From the IMG/VR virus record IMGVR_UViG_3300035191_000065: 41,556 nucleotides of DNA; one strand, written 5' to 3'. The stretch comes from an uncultured virus (IMG/VR IMGVR_UViG_3300035191_000065). Lineage: Duplodnaviria; Heunggongvirae; Uroviricota; Caudoviricetes. A model generated the notes under the pieces. It did no database searches. It saw only the letters and a program-made list of their open reading frames with translations, and was not told where the DNA came from. Both the position numbers and the translations under genes were made by a program. Within the stretch, counting starts at the first letter, position 1. Every line of letters begins with the position of its first letter. Below, piece by piece: positions 9,581 through 19,302 of the stretch.

Positions 9581-10324
9581 ATGTCCTACGAGTACATGAC
9601 AGGTCTCGGCATTCTTGGCCCCGATATCATGTGGCAGGAAAAAAATGCTGGGAAACCTCTCGTCGAGAGGACAAAGACCTGTCCAAAGTGGAAGCACCGC
9701 GAGTACTTCTCTTACTCGACGACAGAACCACCCCCTCGTCCGCAGGACCCAACAGGCCGTGGCAAGGTCGATAAAGACTCTTGCTTTTTCACAGGTGAAA
9801 TTCTTGAGGCGGGAAAGCCTGGCTATAATCGCGTTGCGACGTGGTGCTGCGCGCTCGAAGACCTACCAGAACATCGTCCAATGACCGAGGAGGAGGCGAC
9901 CCGGTTCAATGAAATGGGTCTTTGCAGACCTATTGTTATGACACGAACCGGCGAGGAGCATCCTAGCGATCCAAAGTGGGCACCGAAGATTGCCTATGTT
10001 CCAACAACTTGCCATGAAACCGGTGTTATCGAAGGTCCGCATCAGCTCATCTGCTGCAAGCGAAGAGAGCCCGGTCCTGTAGAATTTCGCCTTGCTGAGG
10101 GTCCTCGTTTCGTCCATGCGGAACTCACCCCTGAGCAGCAGGCGGCTAATTTGGCTGAAAGAGAAGCGCGGATAGCCGAGCGTGAACAGATCCTCATCGA
10201 GTCTGCTGAACCCGAATACGGCTTCTTTCAAAGGTATGGGGCTCTGTTGTTGTTTGCGGGTGGCGCGGTGGCGGTTGGCCTAGTTGCTGGCGTCATAAAG
10301 AAGAGGAGCCAGTCCGAGGAGTGA
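9581..10324 (+). CDS. Cys-rich membrane protein (paralog of 6544..7329)
   Basis: MSYEYMTGLG; TWCC and LICCKRREPG; AEPEYGFFQRYG followed by TM. Confidence 0.8.
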   Translation: MSYEYMTGLGILGPDIMWQEKNAGKPLVERTKTCPKWKHREYFSYSTTEPPPRPQDPTGRGKVDKDSCFFTGEILEAGKPGYNRVATWCCALEDLPEHRPMTEEEATRFNEMGLCRPIVMTRTGEEHPSDPKWAPKIAYVPTTCHETGVIEGPHQLICCKRREPGPVEFRLAEGPRFVHAELTPEQQAANLAEREARIAEREQILIESAEPEYGFFQRYGALLLFAGGAVAVGLVAGVIKKRSQSEE

Positions 10325-11607
10325 TGCGAGGCCTCGTGTACATAGCTGCCGGTGTAGCCGGTGGTTGGCTTTTTGGGAAGCTACTTTTTGATTCGTCCCC
10401 AAGACGAAATCCGGAATGGCGTCTCGATTGGCTCGATGACGATGGAGAGCCGTCAAAGGCTGAATCCAATGTCTGGGTGGGTGACGAGAAGATCGGATCC
10501 ATTCTTGACACCTATGTCAGCGGCTGGATGCCCTACAACTTCAAGGACCAGCCCATGCAGTCCGTTGAGGCGATGAGGGCGGAACAAGCTGCTCAGTCTG
10601 TATTTGAATTTTGGCAGCAGGAGAAAGCCCCAAAAGAGCCTTTTAAAATTGAATGGGAAGTACCTCACCAAGAAGGAAACGTCTCGGCTGACAGGCGATT
10701 TATCGGAACAGTTACGCGCACCGAGTCGGGGGATTGGGCAGCCTATGAGGGGAGCCAGATCGATCCCTTTATGGAGGATTTTTCCAGCGCGAAGAAGGCA
10801 GCCGCCGCTGTTTATCGCCGGTGGGCAGGTCTGCCCGAGCCCCTCCCCGAACCAACGACTGTCGAGGTCGCAGTTCCGAGCTGGGTCAAGAATATAGAAG
10901 TCGAACCCACTGTAGGCGCAGGGGAAAATCGGTTCATCGTTTGGGTTGGCGATGACCGGGCTGGTGTCATCGAGCGCCGCGGTCGTGCTTATGACGCTTA
11001 CTTCTGGGTCGGCAAGAAAAAGCTGCAGCTTGAAATCGGAACGACTCGCAAGCGTGCGGTCACTTCCGTCTATGTCGCGCACCAGCTCATGGGCTATCTG
11101 GCTCGCTCCTTCGTCAAGGGGAAGAAACGACGTTTTGTGCCGCCGAAGTACAAGACGCTGCCTAAGAAAAAGGGACAGCGCGCTCGCCGTGTCGAGCAGT
11201 TCTGGCGGATGAAGCACTACAAAGAGCGGTCTCCGGCCGAAGTTAAGGCAGACACTGGTATCCCAGAAAAAGAGATCGTTCGGTACGGCCTTCAGCTCGC
11301 AGGGCGAAATCTGATCTACGCAGTCGCGACGAGTGAAAAAAGAACATCTTTTCAGCGAATCGAGAAGGGCGCCGAGCGTGTTATTGCAGGACGGGGGCAC
11401 AGGCCTGAGGTGCGAAGAAAGCGTCGCATTGTGGAGCGACCCGACATCAAAAAACTCAGGAAGAGCACTCAACTCACCACGGAGCAAAAAAAGTTGCTCC
11501 CAATGATGAGCACCAAGAGGACATATCGCTTCGCCATGGTGGGTCCGCAGGGCCAGGTCGGGATGGTAAAAAGCGAGCACCATGCTGAGGTGTGGGGCAA
11601 AGAGTAG
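10324..11607 (+). CDS. N-terminally anchored protein with RNP motif, three internal repeats and a basic tail
   Basis: N-terminal TM, PRRNPEW, three modules of about 60 aa ([IA]G.I..[WY].[AP]Y...A...V), Lys/Arg-rich C-terminus. Confidence 0.8.
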   Translation: MRGLVYIAAGVAGGWLFGKLLFDSSPRRNPEWRLDWLDDDGEPSKAESNVWVGDEKIGSILDTYVSGWMPYNFKDQPMQSVEAMRAEQAAQSVFEFWQQEKAPKEPFKIEWEVPHQEGNVSADRRFIGTVTRTESGDWAAYEGSQIDPFMEDFSSAKKAAAAVYRRWAGLPEPLPEPTTVEVAVPSWVKNIEVEPTVGAGENRFIVWVGDDRAGVIERRGRAYDAYFWVGKKKLQLEIGTTRKRAVTSVYVAHQLMGYLARSFVKGKKRRFVPPKYKTLPKKKGQRARRVEQFWRMKHYKERSPAEVKADTGIPEKEIVRYGLQLAGRNLIYAVATSEKRTSFQRIEKGAERVIAGRGHRPEVRRKRRIVERPDIKKLRKSTQLTTEQKKLLPMMSTKRTYRFAMVGPQGQVGMVKSEHHAEVWGKE

Positions 11608-11615
11608 GAGATGTT

Positions 11616-12104
11616 ATGAACATCGAGAATTGCGCCAATGGGAATTGCAGCAACGGCTGGATGTATGCAGCCGGTGGCCTGGTGTTGGGCTTTGTCGGCA
11701 TGACGCTGCTCCAGAAGCGGCGCATGACCTCGAACCCTGGCGGTCAGATCTTCGAGATCGATGGGAACCTCCTCATGGTTCGCAAAGACGGCCTTCCAGA
11801 GGGCATGTACGCTGTCTACGCGATGCGGCCCACCGGAAAGTCAGAGGATCTCATCGGGACCATCGTCAGAGGTACTGGGCGGTCGTTCCGTGCCTTTCCA
11901 CCCGAAAGGTACGACCGTATTCGAGTCACAAGCGACCTGCCCGAGTTCATCCTTTCGAGAGGGACGCTGACGGGAAGCATCTACAAGGCCGTCGCCTACC
12001 TGAACAAGGTGTATCAGCGCGCCTACAAGAGGAGCGCTTCGTATAAGGCTGCCTACAAGCGCCGTCTCGGACGCGAGTTCAGCGAGGCGCTCGGAGCTGC
12101 TTGA
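11616..12104 (+). CDS. N-terminally anchored protein with SNP motif
   Basis: AGGAG before ATG 11616; NG linker, TM, KRRMTSNPGG, then one module resembling the repeats of the previous gene. Confidence 0.75.
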   Translation: MNIENCANGNCSNGWMYAAGGLVLGFVGMTLLQKRRMTSNPGGQIFEIDGNLLMVRKDGLPEGMYAVYAMRPTGKSEDLIGTIVRGTGRSFRAFPPERYDRIRVTSDLPEFILSRGTLTGSIYKAVAYLNKVYQRAYKRSASYKAAYKRRLGREFSEALGAA

Positions 12105-12487
12105 TGAATAACGGTAACGGCAGTGATGAGACGGGCAGGTTCGTTGCAGCCCTGATAATCATGGGCGGCGGTGTTTTGCTGCTATGGAATATCATTAAGG
12201 ACACCAGTCCCGAGGCAAATCGCCGTCGCGCAACCCGCAAGGTCGCTCGGCGAGTAGGCGAGGCGATTGGTATAGATTGGCGAACCGCTCCGTTTTCTGT
12301 CGATCAATTCGCCCGTGGAATCATTGTCGAGATGGAGCATGGGGGCGCCGATCCGAGAACGGACGTGACCGGAGACGACCTTCTCATTACGGGGAAGATT
12401 GCCTGGGCGCACCTCAATGAATTTCCAGACTACTACGAGCGGTTGGACCTGATGGAAGAGCAGGCCCACGAATACTGGGGTATGTGA
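12104..12487 (+). CDS. Membrane-anchored DUF5661-like protein
   Basis: TM and EANRRR, then FARGIIVEMEH..DVTGDD..TGKIAWAHLNEFPDYYERL, which I recognise as the DUF5661 signature. Confidence 0.75.
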   Translation: MNNGNGSDETGRFVAALIIMGGGVLLLWNIIKDTSPEANRRRATRKVARRVGEAIGIDWRTAPFSVDQFARGIIVEMEHGGADPRTDVTGDDLLITGKIAWAHLNEFPDYYERLDLMEEQAHEYWGM

Positions 12488-13215
12488 TGGCGCACGATAA
12501 CTACAACAGGTTCTACACCTGGGATAAGGGCACTCTGATTCTCGATCCTGGCATCTTTGCCTGGGACGAGCCGCATCTAGAAATTTGTGATCAGCCTGTA
12601 GCGCATGCCAACAGGTTCGATCATCTGGCTCGTCCAGATTTGACGCAGTTGTGTCGATATCCAGACCGGCTGCTTGCCATGAAGCACATCCCCGCGCCTA
12701 TCAGCGTGCGTCAAAAGTGCGACACGTTGGAGCCTGGTGAAGCGTATTGCTGTCCGCCCTACGCGATGCCGGATGACTGGCGTGTTGACTTCATGCCAAT
12801 GGGACAGGAGGAAGACCCGATGGCAAACGGAAACGGAAACGGAAACGGTCTTTTGGCTCAAGAAGCTCAGATGTTTTACGTCGAGGCCAGACAGATAGGA
12901 AGCGATGTTCAATCCGGAGTTCAGCCGGTTGCGATGGAGCTTTCTGATGAGGCTCAGGCGCTCTATGTAGCGCTTCGTAAGGAGCTGGGGGTCGTCGGGA
13001 GCGATATCGCGATCACGATGACGCCTGTCATCCGAGATGTCGAGGCCGAGGTCGGACCCGTCCTTCGAGAAATCGAGGCAGGAGCAGCTCCGGTTGTCGA
13101 GCCGGCTGTTCAGGAGACGCGCGAGACCGTTCGCAAGTGGCCGCTTCTCTCTCTGGGGCTCGGGGTCGCTGGTGGTTTCGTGATCGGAAAGATGCTGGCC
13201 AAGCGCGGACGATGA
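12487..13215 (+). CDS. C-terminally anchored protein with CCP module and NG repeat
   Basis: AYCCPP; MPMGQ; NGNGNGNG; TM WPLLSLGLGVAGGFVIG followed by KRGR. Confidence 0.8.
   Translation: MAHDNYNRFYTWDKGTLILDPGIFAWDEPHLEICDQPVAHANRFDHLARPDLTQLCRYPDRLLAMKHIPAPISVRQKCDTLEPGEAYCCPPYAMPDDWRVDFMPMGQEEDPMANGNGNGNGLLAQEAQMFYVEARQIGSDVQSGVQPVAMELSDEAQALYVALRKELGVVGSDIAITMTPVIRDVEAEVGPVLREIEAGAAPVVEPAVQETRETVRKWPLLSLGLGVAGGFVIGKMLAKRGR
12825..12848 (+). repeat. (AAACGG)4 coding microsatellite (Asn-Gly)
   Basis: Four perfect hexamers. Three copies of the same hexamer at 20870-20887. Confidence 0.85.
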
Positions 13216-13757
13216 GCTACTACGGACCATATGGGATGGGGCAGCCAGAAGAGCCGCCCGAAGAGATTCCGACCAGAATTTTTTCGCTTCACCCGAAGAT
13301 TCGTGCGCCGATGCAGCGATCGCCCGTTGCCAGAAGGGCCTCGGGGATGCGAAGGCAGCGCTTGTGGCGGTCACCAGCTCTCGGAACGGAGGAGTCGGCG
13401 ATGGCTCCTGGGTGGGAGCCAGTGCAAGAGCCTCATGACAGAAGGCCATGCGATAACTGGTGGATCGCTGGCCCATACTGCACTGCTGTTTATCAGACGT
13501 TCGATCGTCCAGAACCTGTCACGCATGGTCAAAGACCTATGACATTCGACTGGGTCATTGCTGTGCTTCCTTTTGTCCTCGGAGGAGTGGGAGGCTACTG
13601 GGCTTACAAGAAGTGGCCGGAAAACAAGGTGCGCGTTGCTGCTGCGGTGGGTGGCGGGGTTGCCATTGGCGTACTTTCTCCATTTGTTCCAATGCTTCTT
13701 CTGGGAGGAGCTATGGCTGCTCGCGAGGGTGTCACCGGGAGGAGGCCTTCTTTTTGA
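13212..13757 (+). CDS. Two-TM membrane protein
   Basis: ATGA overlap; MSYYGPYGMG; TM-KKWPE-TM. Confidence 0.75.
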   Translation: MSYYGPYGMGQPEEPPEEIPTRIFSLHPKIRAPMQRSPVARRASGMRRQRLWRSPALGTEESAMAPGWEPVQEPHDRRPCDNWWIAGPYCTAVYQTFDRPEPVTHGQRPMTFDWVIAVLPFVLGGVGGYWAYKKWPENKVRVAAAVGGGVAIGVLSPFVPMLLLGGAMAAREGVTGRRPSF

Positions 13758-14317
13758 TGAGCTACTACGGGCCAGGATCGCTGTTTTCTCTCGGGACTGA
13801 TGAGGCGCCTGATGCACCGCCATCCACAGAGGCAGAGTGCGAAGAGGGAGAGCTGCTTCAGTGGGCCAGGGACGAAAGAAGCATTTCTCGCTATGGGGAA
13901 GAAGGCTGTAGAAACCTAGGACCCTTTACTGCAACCATGACAATGAGAGGAGCGGCTGGAACAACAACGAGCTATTTCGAGCAAACAGCTTTTTGCTGTC
14001 CTCCAGATACGGCTCCTGCACTACGCGCAGATGTCCTGGACCGAACAAGGCAGATTAGGGGATGGTTTTACGGAATTGTTCCTAACAGAAGAGTTGCGAC
14101 AGCGGCAACCTGTATGGTCGGACAGGCGATCCCAGGGGTAATAAGAGGGGGGCATTGGTTTTTTCGCGCGATGCCTCTCTTTTGCGCTCTCATTGGAGTT
14201 GCCATTGACTATCACAGAGAAGGGTTCGGGAAGAGGCTTTTGGGTTATGGAGCCGTCGGTTATGCAGTAGGCGTCGTCGTCCCCTGCATGCTTGCATCCA
14301 TGCTTCCGGAGACTTGA
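13757..14317 (+). CDS. Membrane protein with CCP module
   Basis: MSYYGPGSLFSLG; CEEG..GC..FCCPP; two C-terminal hydrophobic segments. Confidence 0.75.
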   Translation: MSYYGPGSLFSLGTDEAPDAPPSTEAECEEGELLQWARDERSISRYGEEGCRNLGPFTATMTMRGAAGTTTSYFEQTAFCCPPDTAPALRADVLDRTRQIRGWFYGIVPNRRVATAATCMVGQAIPGVIRGGHWFFRAMPLFCALIGVAIDYHREGFGKRLLGYGAVGYAVGVVVPCMLASMLPET

Positions 14318-15246
14318 TGAGCTACGGAATTCAAAAGGCGCCTTATGTGCGTGTTCGTAAGAGCAAGAACGGCTCAAAGGTTTATGCCGCAAGTGGAATC
14401 GTTCCACGCTTTGCCGGCGTATGGTCAGCTCGCCCAATACAACCTGAGGGGGAACATCGGGTCTGCCTCAACGGCGAAATCCGCGTTAACCGTAACTACT
14501 CGATTCCTATCGGTGGTGGGCGAGTGAAGCCCTTCCCACGGTCATACACCTGGACCATGCGGACGATGGAAGAGAGCCCGGCTGCTTACTCTCATCGTAT
14601 TAATTCCTTTAACAGTGGTCCTCAGGATGTTCTTGGGGCAGACCTGGATGACGAAGACACGCCTCTCCCGGTCGAAAGCATTGTTCCGATCCCGGAGAAA
14701 CCATCCGTGGTCAAGCAGATGTCTGACGAGGAGCTAACAGATTCGCTCAACAAGGCGATTGCTGAATCATGGCGCCTCAAGACCTGCAGTGCTCCCTATT
14801 GCCTCGTTCAGGCTCGATTTGTTTTTGGTCAGCGCGACTCTCTGCTTGCCGAGTACAAGGTGAGGAAGACTCTGCGGGACATGCCGCCGATAGAAGAGCC
14901 GGTGCATGTTCTGACCTACGGTCGTTACAAGCTGGCAAAGGCCATGATCACCTGGTCACAGAATAGATTGACCGGGAGGGCTCTCTGGCCTCTTCGTGTT
15001 TATGTAAAAGCCGCTGCCTTCGCGATGGAGGCGGCGTTTGGTGGAAAATACCTGACAATGTTTATTGTTTCGAGCCCAGTTTTAGGTTTTTGGGCAGGCC
15101 AAAAAATAGGAGGGAGTCTTCCATGGGGGTTAGTGGGAGCATATGCAGCGATGACAGTGGCGGCTCTCACGCCGCTGGGTCTCTATTCGCTTGCTCAGCT
15201 TCTGGGGGCCAAAGAAGAAAAGGATTTCGTTCTGGTGGAAGGCTGA
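14317..15246 (+). CDS. Membrane protein, unknown function
   Basis: TGATG coupling; basic N-terminus; 2-3 C-terminal hydrophobic segments. Confidence 0.7.
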   Translation: MSYGIQKAPYVRVRKSKNGSKVYAASGIVPRFAGVWSARPIQPEGEHRVCLNGEIRVNRNYSIPIGGGRVKPFPRSYTWTMRTMEESPAAYSHRINSFNSGPQDVLGADLDDEDTPLPVESIVPIPEKPSVVKQMSDEELTDSLNKAIAESWRLKTCSAPYCLVQARFVFGQRDSLLAEYKVRKTLRDMPPIEEPVHVLTYGRYKLAKAMITWSQNRLTGRALWPLRVYVKAAAFAMEAAFGGKYLTMFIVSSPVLGFWAGQKIGGSLPWGLVGAYAAMTVAALTPLGLYSLAQLLGAKEEKDFVLVEG

Positions 15247-15275
15247 GAGTGACGGGGGACTGCGGAGATAAAGCG

Positions 15276-15599
15276 ATGTCAGACACCGATGAGAAGCAGA
15301 ATGCCACCGATGAGAAGCTGGATGCGATTCTGGAGTACTTGAAGAAGCAAGGAGCAGCTCTCACAACGATCGGCAGGCGCCTGGACACGATCGACGCCGA
15401 GATGAAAATGATCAGCGAAGCCCAGAGGAGGATTGGAAAGAGACAGTCGTCTCTTGAAGATCACTACGCAGAGCAGGCGGGCTCATGCCAGGGGGTGATG
15501 GCAAAGCTCCACGACCGAATCACAGGCCTTGAGCAACAGATATCGCCAATACCAAGGGCGTTTGACCCAGATAAAACGGACGGGGGAGAGCCGGGCTAA
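15276..15599 (+). CDS. Small coiled-coil protein
   Basis: GGAGA before ATG 15276; heptad pattern LDAILEYL..IGRRLDTID..LHDRITGLE. Confidence 0.75.
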   Translation: MSDTDEKQNATDEKLDAILEYLKKQGAALTTIGRRLDTIDAEMKMISEAQRRIGKRQSSLEDHYAEQAGSCQGVMAKLHDRITGLEQQISPIPRAFDPDKTDGGEPG

Positions 15600-15904
15600 T
15601 GGATCGAAAGGTTCAAAAGATTTTCGATACTTTGCAGGCGCAAGCAGAGAAGATCGACCGAATACTGGACACAGGCGATCTTGTCGTCAATGAGATCGAT
15701 GGCCTTGGTGAAAGGCTGGACCTTGTTACACAGGCGCTTCAGCAAGTGACGGTGACGCAGGAAGAAATGCTCAATCGCCTGTTGAAGATAGATCAGAATT
15801 TTTCCGAAAGGACTGACGCTGTCGTTGAGCTGTGTGTGAAGACCAGTAAGCGCGTTGACCGGCTTGAAAGTGCAATGACGCCGCCCCCCTCGGGGATGGA
15901 ATAG
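15599..15904 (+). CDS. Small coiled-coil protein
   Basis: TAATG coupling; heptads IDRILD..LGERLDLV..RVDRLES; similar architecture to the previous gene. Confidence 0.75.
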   Translation: MDRKVQKIFDTLQAQAEKIDRILDTGDLVVNEIDGLGERLDLVTQALQQVTVTQEEMLNRLLKIDQNFSERTDAVVELCVKTSKRVDRLESAMTPPPSGME

Positions 15905-15916
15905 AGAGAGGCAAAT

Positions 15917-16456
15917 ATGACCTACGAAGCATACGAATACAGTCCTGTGGGAGACGTTCCTGTGTGGGAGCGTGGCCAGTTTGCCTATGGTGCCGGCCTC
16001 TATGCACCGGGTGGCCCCGGCGGCGGCGCTACGTTTGGCCCAATGTATACGAAGCCTGGACAGCGTCCTCCGGGACCAGGTTCTTGCAGCGAGGTCAGTG
16101 GTGGTCGAAGCGTGTGTGTTGGTGCTCCTTATGGCGAGAAGGGGTTGGAGACCGGGCGTGGCTGGCCACCTGAAATCGGTCCTCAAGAGGAAGGTCTCAT
16201 GCAGCAAGGGTGCGTCGCAACCGGGCGCCGCTGTGGAGGGTCCGCTCGGGCTCCGAGCCAGGAATGGTGCTGTCCTGGTGATGCTCTTTTTGTCGGGTCA
16301 CCCTTTCCACCAGTAATGGCTGGGCTCGGCTCGAATGGTGAGCAGCCTGCTGGAGCATCTTTGTGGATGCTTCCAGTCTTCTTGCTCGCTGCTGGTGTTT
16401 TTGTCGGCTTCGAGGTGCTTCACTGGTACGGCGCATATTATCGAGGCGAGCTGTAG
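15917..16456 (+). CDS. Gly/Cys-rich membrane protein with CCP module
   Basis: MTYEAYEY; GC..RC..EWCCPG; MAGLGSNG followed by TM. Confidence 0.75.
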   Translation: MTYEAYEYSPVGDVPVWERGQFAYGAGLYAPGGPGGGATFGPMYTKPGQRPPGPGSCSEVSGGRSVCVGAPYGEKGLETGRGWPPEIGPQEEGLMQQGCVATGRRCGGSARAPSQEWCCPGDALFVGSPFPPVMAGLGSNGEQPAGASLWMLPVFLLAAGVFVGFEVLHWYGAYYRGEL

Positions 16457-16469
16457 ACGGAGAGTTCTG

Positions 16470-17843
16470 ATGGCTTTTACCAAGGATCGCACAAAGAAAA
16501 CGCTGACCTGGCTCGATTTCTATGGCCTTTGCAGGGAAGCGGGGATGAGCCCTTTCGCCACTCAGCAGTATATGGACGAAGGGAGCGATACCGTCAACGG
16601 TGCGATGGCCGAGATGGCTGCGAACGCAGGGGCCGAGGATGCTGAAAGCGAGGCGGTCACCGATGCCGTAGGCGATGCGATGATGGCCATTGGAGCCGGA
16701 ATTGTTGCAGTCGCAGGTGAGTCCGTCATCGGCGCGGTCGTGGGTATTGTGATTGCAGCAATTGGCGCCATCGTCAAGTGGTTCGCCAAGCTCTTCTATG
16801 TCGAGTGCGACAAGTATCACTGCGGTGGGTATGACAGAAACACGAAGACGCGAAGGCGTCGATATGCGCAGCACCAGCAAGCACTTGTTGGAGTGAATCT
16901 GACTCGGGCGTCTAAAAGCGCGACAGATGCAGAAAGTAACTGCCGGTGCAAGCTCCGAAGCCACGAGTGCTCGTTCATTCGATACATGCATGACGGGCTC
17001 ATGGTCAATGGCATAGACCTCGATCAAACAGATGCTCAGCCCACGACGGCAGGCCGAGTGCGTGGTGTCAACGGTTACGGCCGGGGGTACAACGAAGGCT
17101 GTGAGAGATACTGGCGAGACCACGCCGACTACAAGCCGCTGAAAGAAGATGGAAACGCTATTTCAACGGGAAGCAGAAGCGACCCATGGGAAAATTCCAT
17201 TGATAGCTATTACGGCCGATCTTTCAGGGTCCATGCGGTCCTCTGGTGGATGCAGGAGCACATCCTTTGCAGGACGATGGAGTGTATGGAAGATGTGCTT
17301 CTGAACACAACAAGTGTCGAGGGTGATAGCTCCGGCAATCAGAAGCGTCGAAGGGGATCCCGCTGGTATGCGTCGATTGTCTGGATGATGAACGACGTTT
17401 GGGAGACGGGAAAGAAGCTCGGATGGAGTGAGTTCGAGAGGTTGTCGCGCGAGGTCGGGGCGAATGATACCGTCATCGCTGATCTTCATAAGATGCGCGA
17501 TGGACACGTTTATCCCCCCGAGCAAATGCCATTTCAATGGTGGCCCTTCCTCTACCATTTCTCCTGGTGGCAGCTCCGTGACCTGCTCATCAAGATGAAG
17601 CCGCTCTTCCCCTACGAGCCGCCCGTTGGTCAGGCCGCTCCAGAAGGTGAGGAGGCGCGCGTTCGAACAGTAACGCTCGCTCCGATGCTGATTCCGATCC
17701 GCACGGCAGTGAAGTTCAACCGCAACATGCAGCCTGTCCCAGCCCACGTCGGTCCCCGTGGTCCTGGGTTGGGAACAATCGCGTTTGGAGCTGGTGCGGC
17801 GGCAATCGGCGCCTTCGCGGTATATAAGCTGGTGACGTCATGA
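16470..17843 (+). CDS. Cys-rich membrane protein with Gly/Ala hydrophobic hairpin (paralog A)
   Basis: GGAGA before ATG 16470; WLDFYGLCREAGMSPFATQ; hydrophobic stretch of about 35 aa; ECDKYHCGGY; LCRTMECMEDVL; C-terminal anchor. Confidence 0.85.
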   Translation: MAFTKDRTKKTLTWLDFYGLCREAGMSPFATQQYMDEGSDTVNGAMAEMAANAGAEDAESEAVTDAVGDAMMAIGAGIVAVAGESVIGAVVGIVIAAIGAIVKWFAKLFYVECDKYHCGGYDRNTKTRRRRYAQHQQALVGVNLTRASKSATDAESNCRCKLRSHECSFIRYMHDGLMVNGIDLDQTDAQPTTAGRVRGVNGYGRGYNEGCERYWRDHADYKPLKEDGNAISTGSRSDPWENSIDSYYGRSFRVHAVLWWMQEHILCRTMECMEDVLLNTTSVEGDSSGNQKRRRGSRWYASIVWMMNDVWETGKKLGWSEFERLSREVGANDTVIADLHKMRDGHVYPPEQMPFQWWPFLYHFSWWQLRDLLIKMKPLFPYEPPVGQAAPEGEEARVRTVTLAPMLIPIRTAVKFNRNMQPVPAHVGPRGPGLGTIAFGAGAAAIGAFAVYKLVTS

Positions 17844-19300
17844 CGATGCGTGCTCGAACAACAACCACGTTGATGTGGTTGGATTTTTATGGCCTGTGCC
17901 GAGAGGCTGGGATGAGCCCTTTCGCTACCCAGGAGTACATGGACAGCGGCAGCGAGACGGTCTCGACGGCGATGGCCGAGATGGCTGCCAATGCCACAGC
18001 TTCGGACGACGAGAACGAGGCCACTACAGATGCTGTTGGTAACGCGCTGATGGGGATCGGCGCGGCCATCGCTATCATCCCAGGTGTAGGAACCATCATC
18101 GGCGTCGTGCTAGCGGCGATCGGCGCCATCGTCAGGTGGTTCGCCAAGCTATTCTACATCGAGTGCGACAAGTATCACTGTGGCGGATATGACAGGGATA
18201 CAAGCTACGACAGAAGGAATTACACACGGCACTTGCAAGCGCTCGTTGGGCTTCATCCTGGGAATGAGTCCAAATGGACTAACAAGAGCGATTGCGGGTG
18301 CGACTACAAGAGCCACCGCTGCTCCTTTATCAAGTACTTCCATGACGGCCTGATTGTTGAGGGCCTCGACGTTGATGTGATGGAGGCAGAGCCTGTTTCG
18401 GCTGGACAGGTTCGAGGGGCGAATGCCCTCAGAATGCCCCAGCTATTCCTCGGTGACGGGAGAGTTATAGGGAAAACTGCAGCGAATGCCTGGTGCATAG
18501 AGCGCTGGCGGACAAACAGTAAATACGCGCCACTTACTGCTAACGGAAGAAGACTATACCTGGGGTGGGGTGGTTCTAACCCATCTACAGACGAAATTGT
18601 TAAGAGCATGTCGGAACCGTGGACATGCCCGGCGGGGACATATTTCGCCCGTTCTTGGAAAGTTCACAACATCCTCGCTTGGATGGAACTGGATCAGATC
18701 CTTTGCCGCACCATGGAGTGCATGGAGGACGTGCTCGAAGGCATGCCGGCTGTAGGCGAGGACGACGTTCACGATCAAAGACGTCGTCGAGGTTCTCGTT
18801 GGTACGCGTCCATCGTGTGGATGATGCACGATGTCTGGGTCTACGGCCGAAAGCTGGGTGGAGAGAGATTTCGAGAGATTCTCAGAGAAGCCGGGGTGAC
18901 AGAGACGGCGATCGATGTCCTGGGACAGATGAGGAAGGGTAAAGAATACGAGCCCATGGATGTGCCATTCGAGTGGTGGCCCTTCATGCGCTTTGTCTCC
19001 TTCTGGCAGATGAGGGCCATGCTCGTCGAGATGCACGATGAGTTTCCCTACGTTCCAGTCATGACAAAGATGGATGGCGAGCCGCGCGGTGCGGAGGCGA
19101 GGGCTCAGTCGACAGTGCTTGGTCCGATGATGCTTCCGATTCTTCAGCCGATCACATTTGGCGATCGCCTGAAGCCACGGCCGGCGCCTCGAAGACTGGG
19201 TCGGCGAGGCCCAAGCATCGGAGTTCTCGCGTTTGGCGTAGGCGCAGCAGCGGTCGGGGCGTTTGCGATCTATAAGCTGATCGCACCGACGGAGAGTTGA
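17840..19300 (+). CDS. Cys-rich membrane protein with Gly/Ala hydrophobic hairpin (paralog B)
   Basis: Collinear with 16470..17843, including RRRRGSRWYASIVWMM. Confidence 0.85.
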   Translation: MTMRARTTTTLMWLDFYGLCREAGMSPFATQEYMDSGSETVSTAMAEMAANATASDDENEATTDAVGNALMGIGAAIAIIPGVGTIIGVVLAAIGAIVRWFAKLFYIECDKYHCGGYDRDTSYDRRNYTRHLQALVGLHPGNESKWTNKSDCGCDYKSHRCSFIKYFHDGLIVEGLDVDVMEAEPVSAGQVRGANALRMPQLFLGDGRVIGKTAANAWCIERWRTNSKYAPLTANGRRLYLGWGGSNPSTDEIVKSMSEPWTCPAGTYFARSWKVHNILAWMELDQILCRTMECMEDVLEGMPAVGEDDVHDQRRRRGSRWYASIVWMMHDVWVYGRKLGGERFREILREAGVTETAIDVLGQMRKGKEYEPMDVPFEWWPFMRFVSFWQMRAMLVEMHDEFPYVPVMTKMDGEPRGAEARAQSTVLGPMMLPILQPITFGDRLKPRPAPRRLGRRGPSIGVLAFGVGAAAVGAFAIYKLIAPTES

Positions 19301-19302
19301 TC

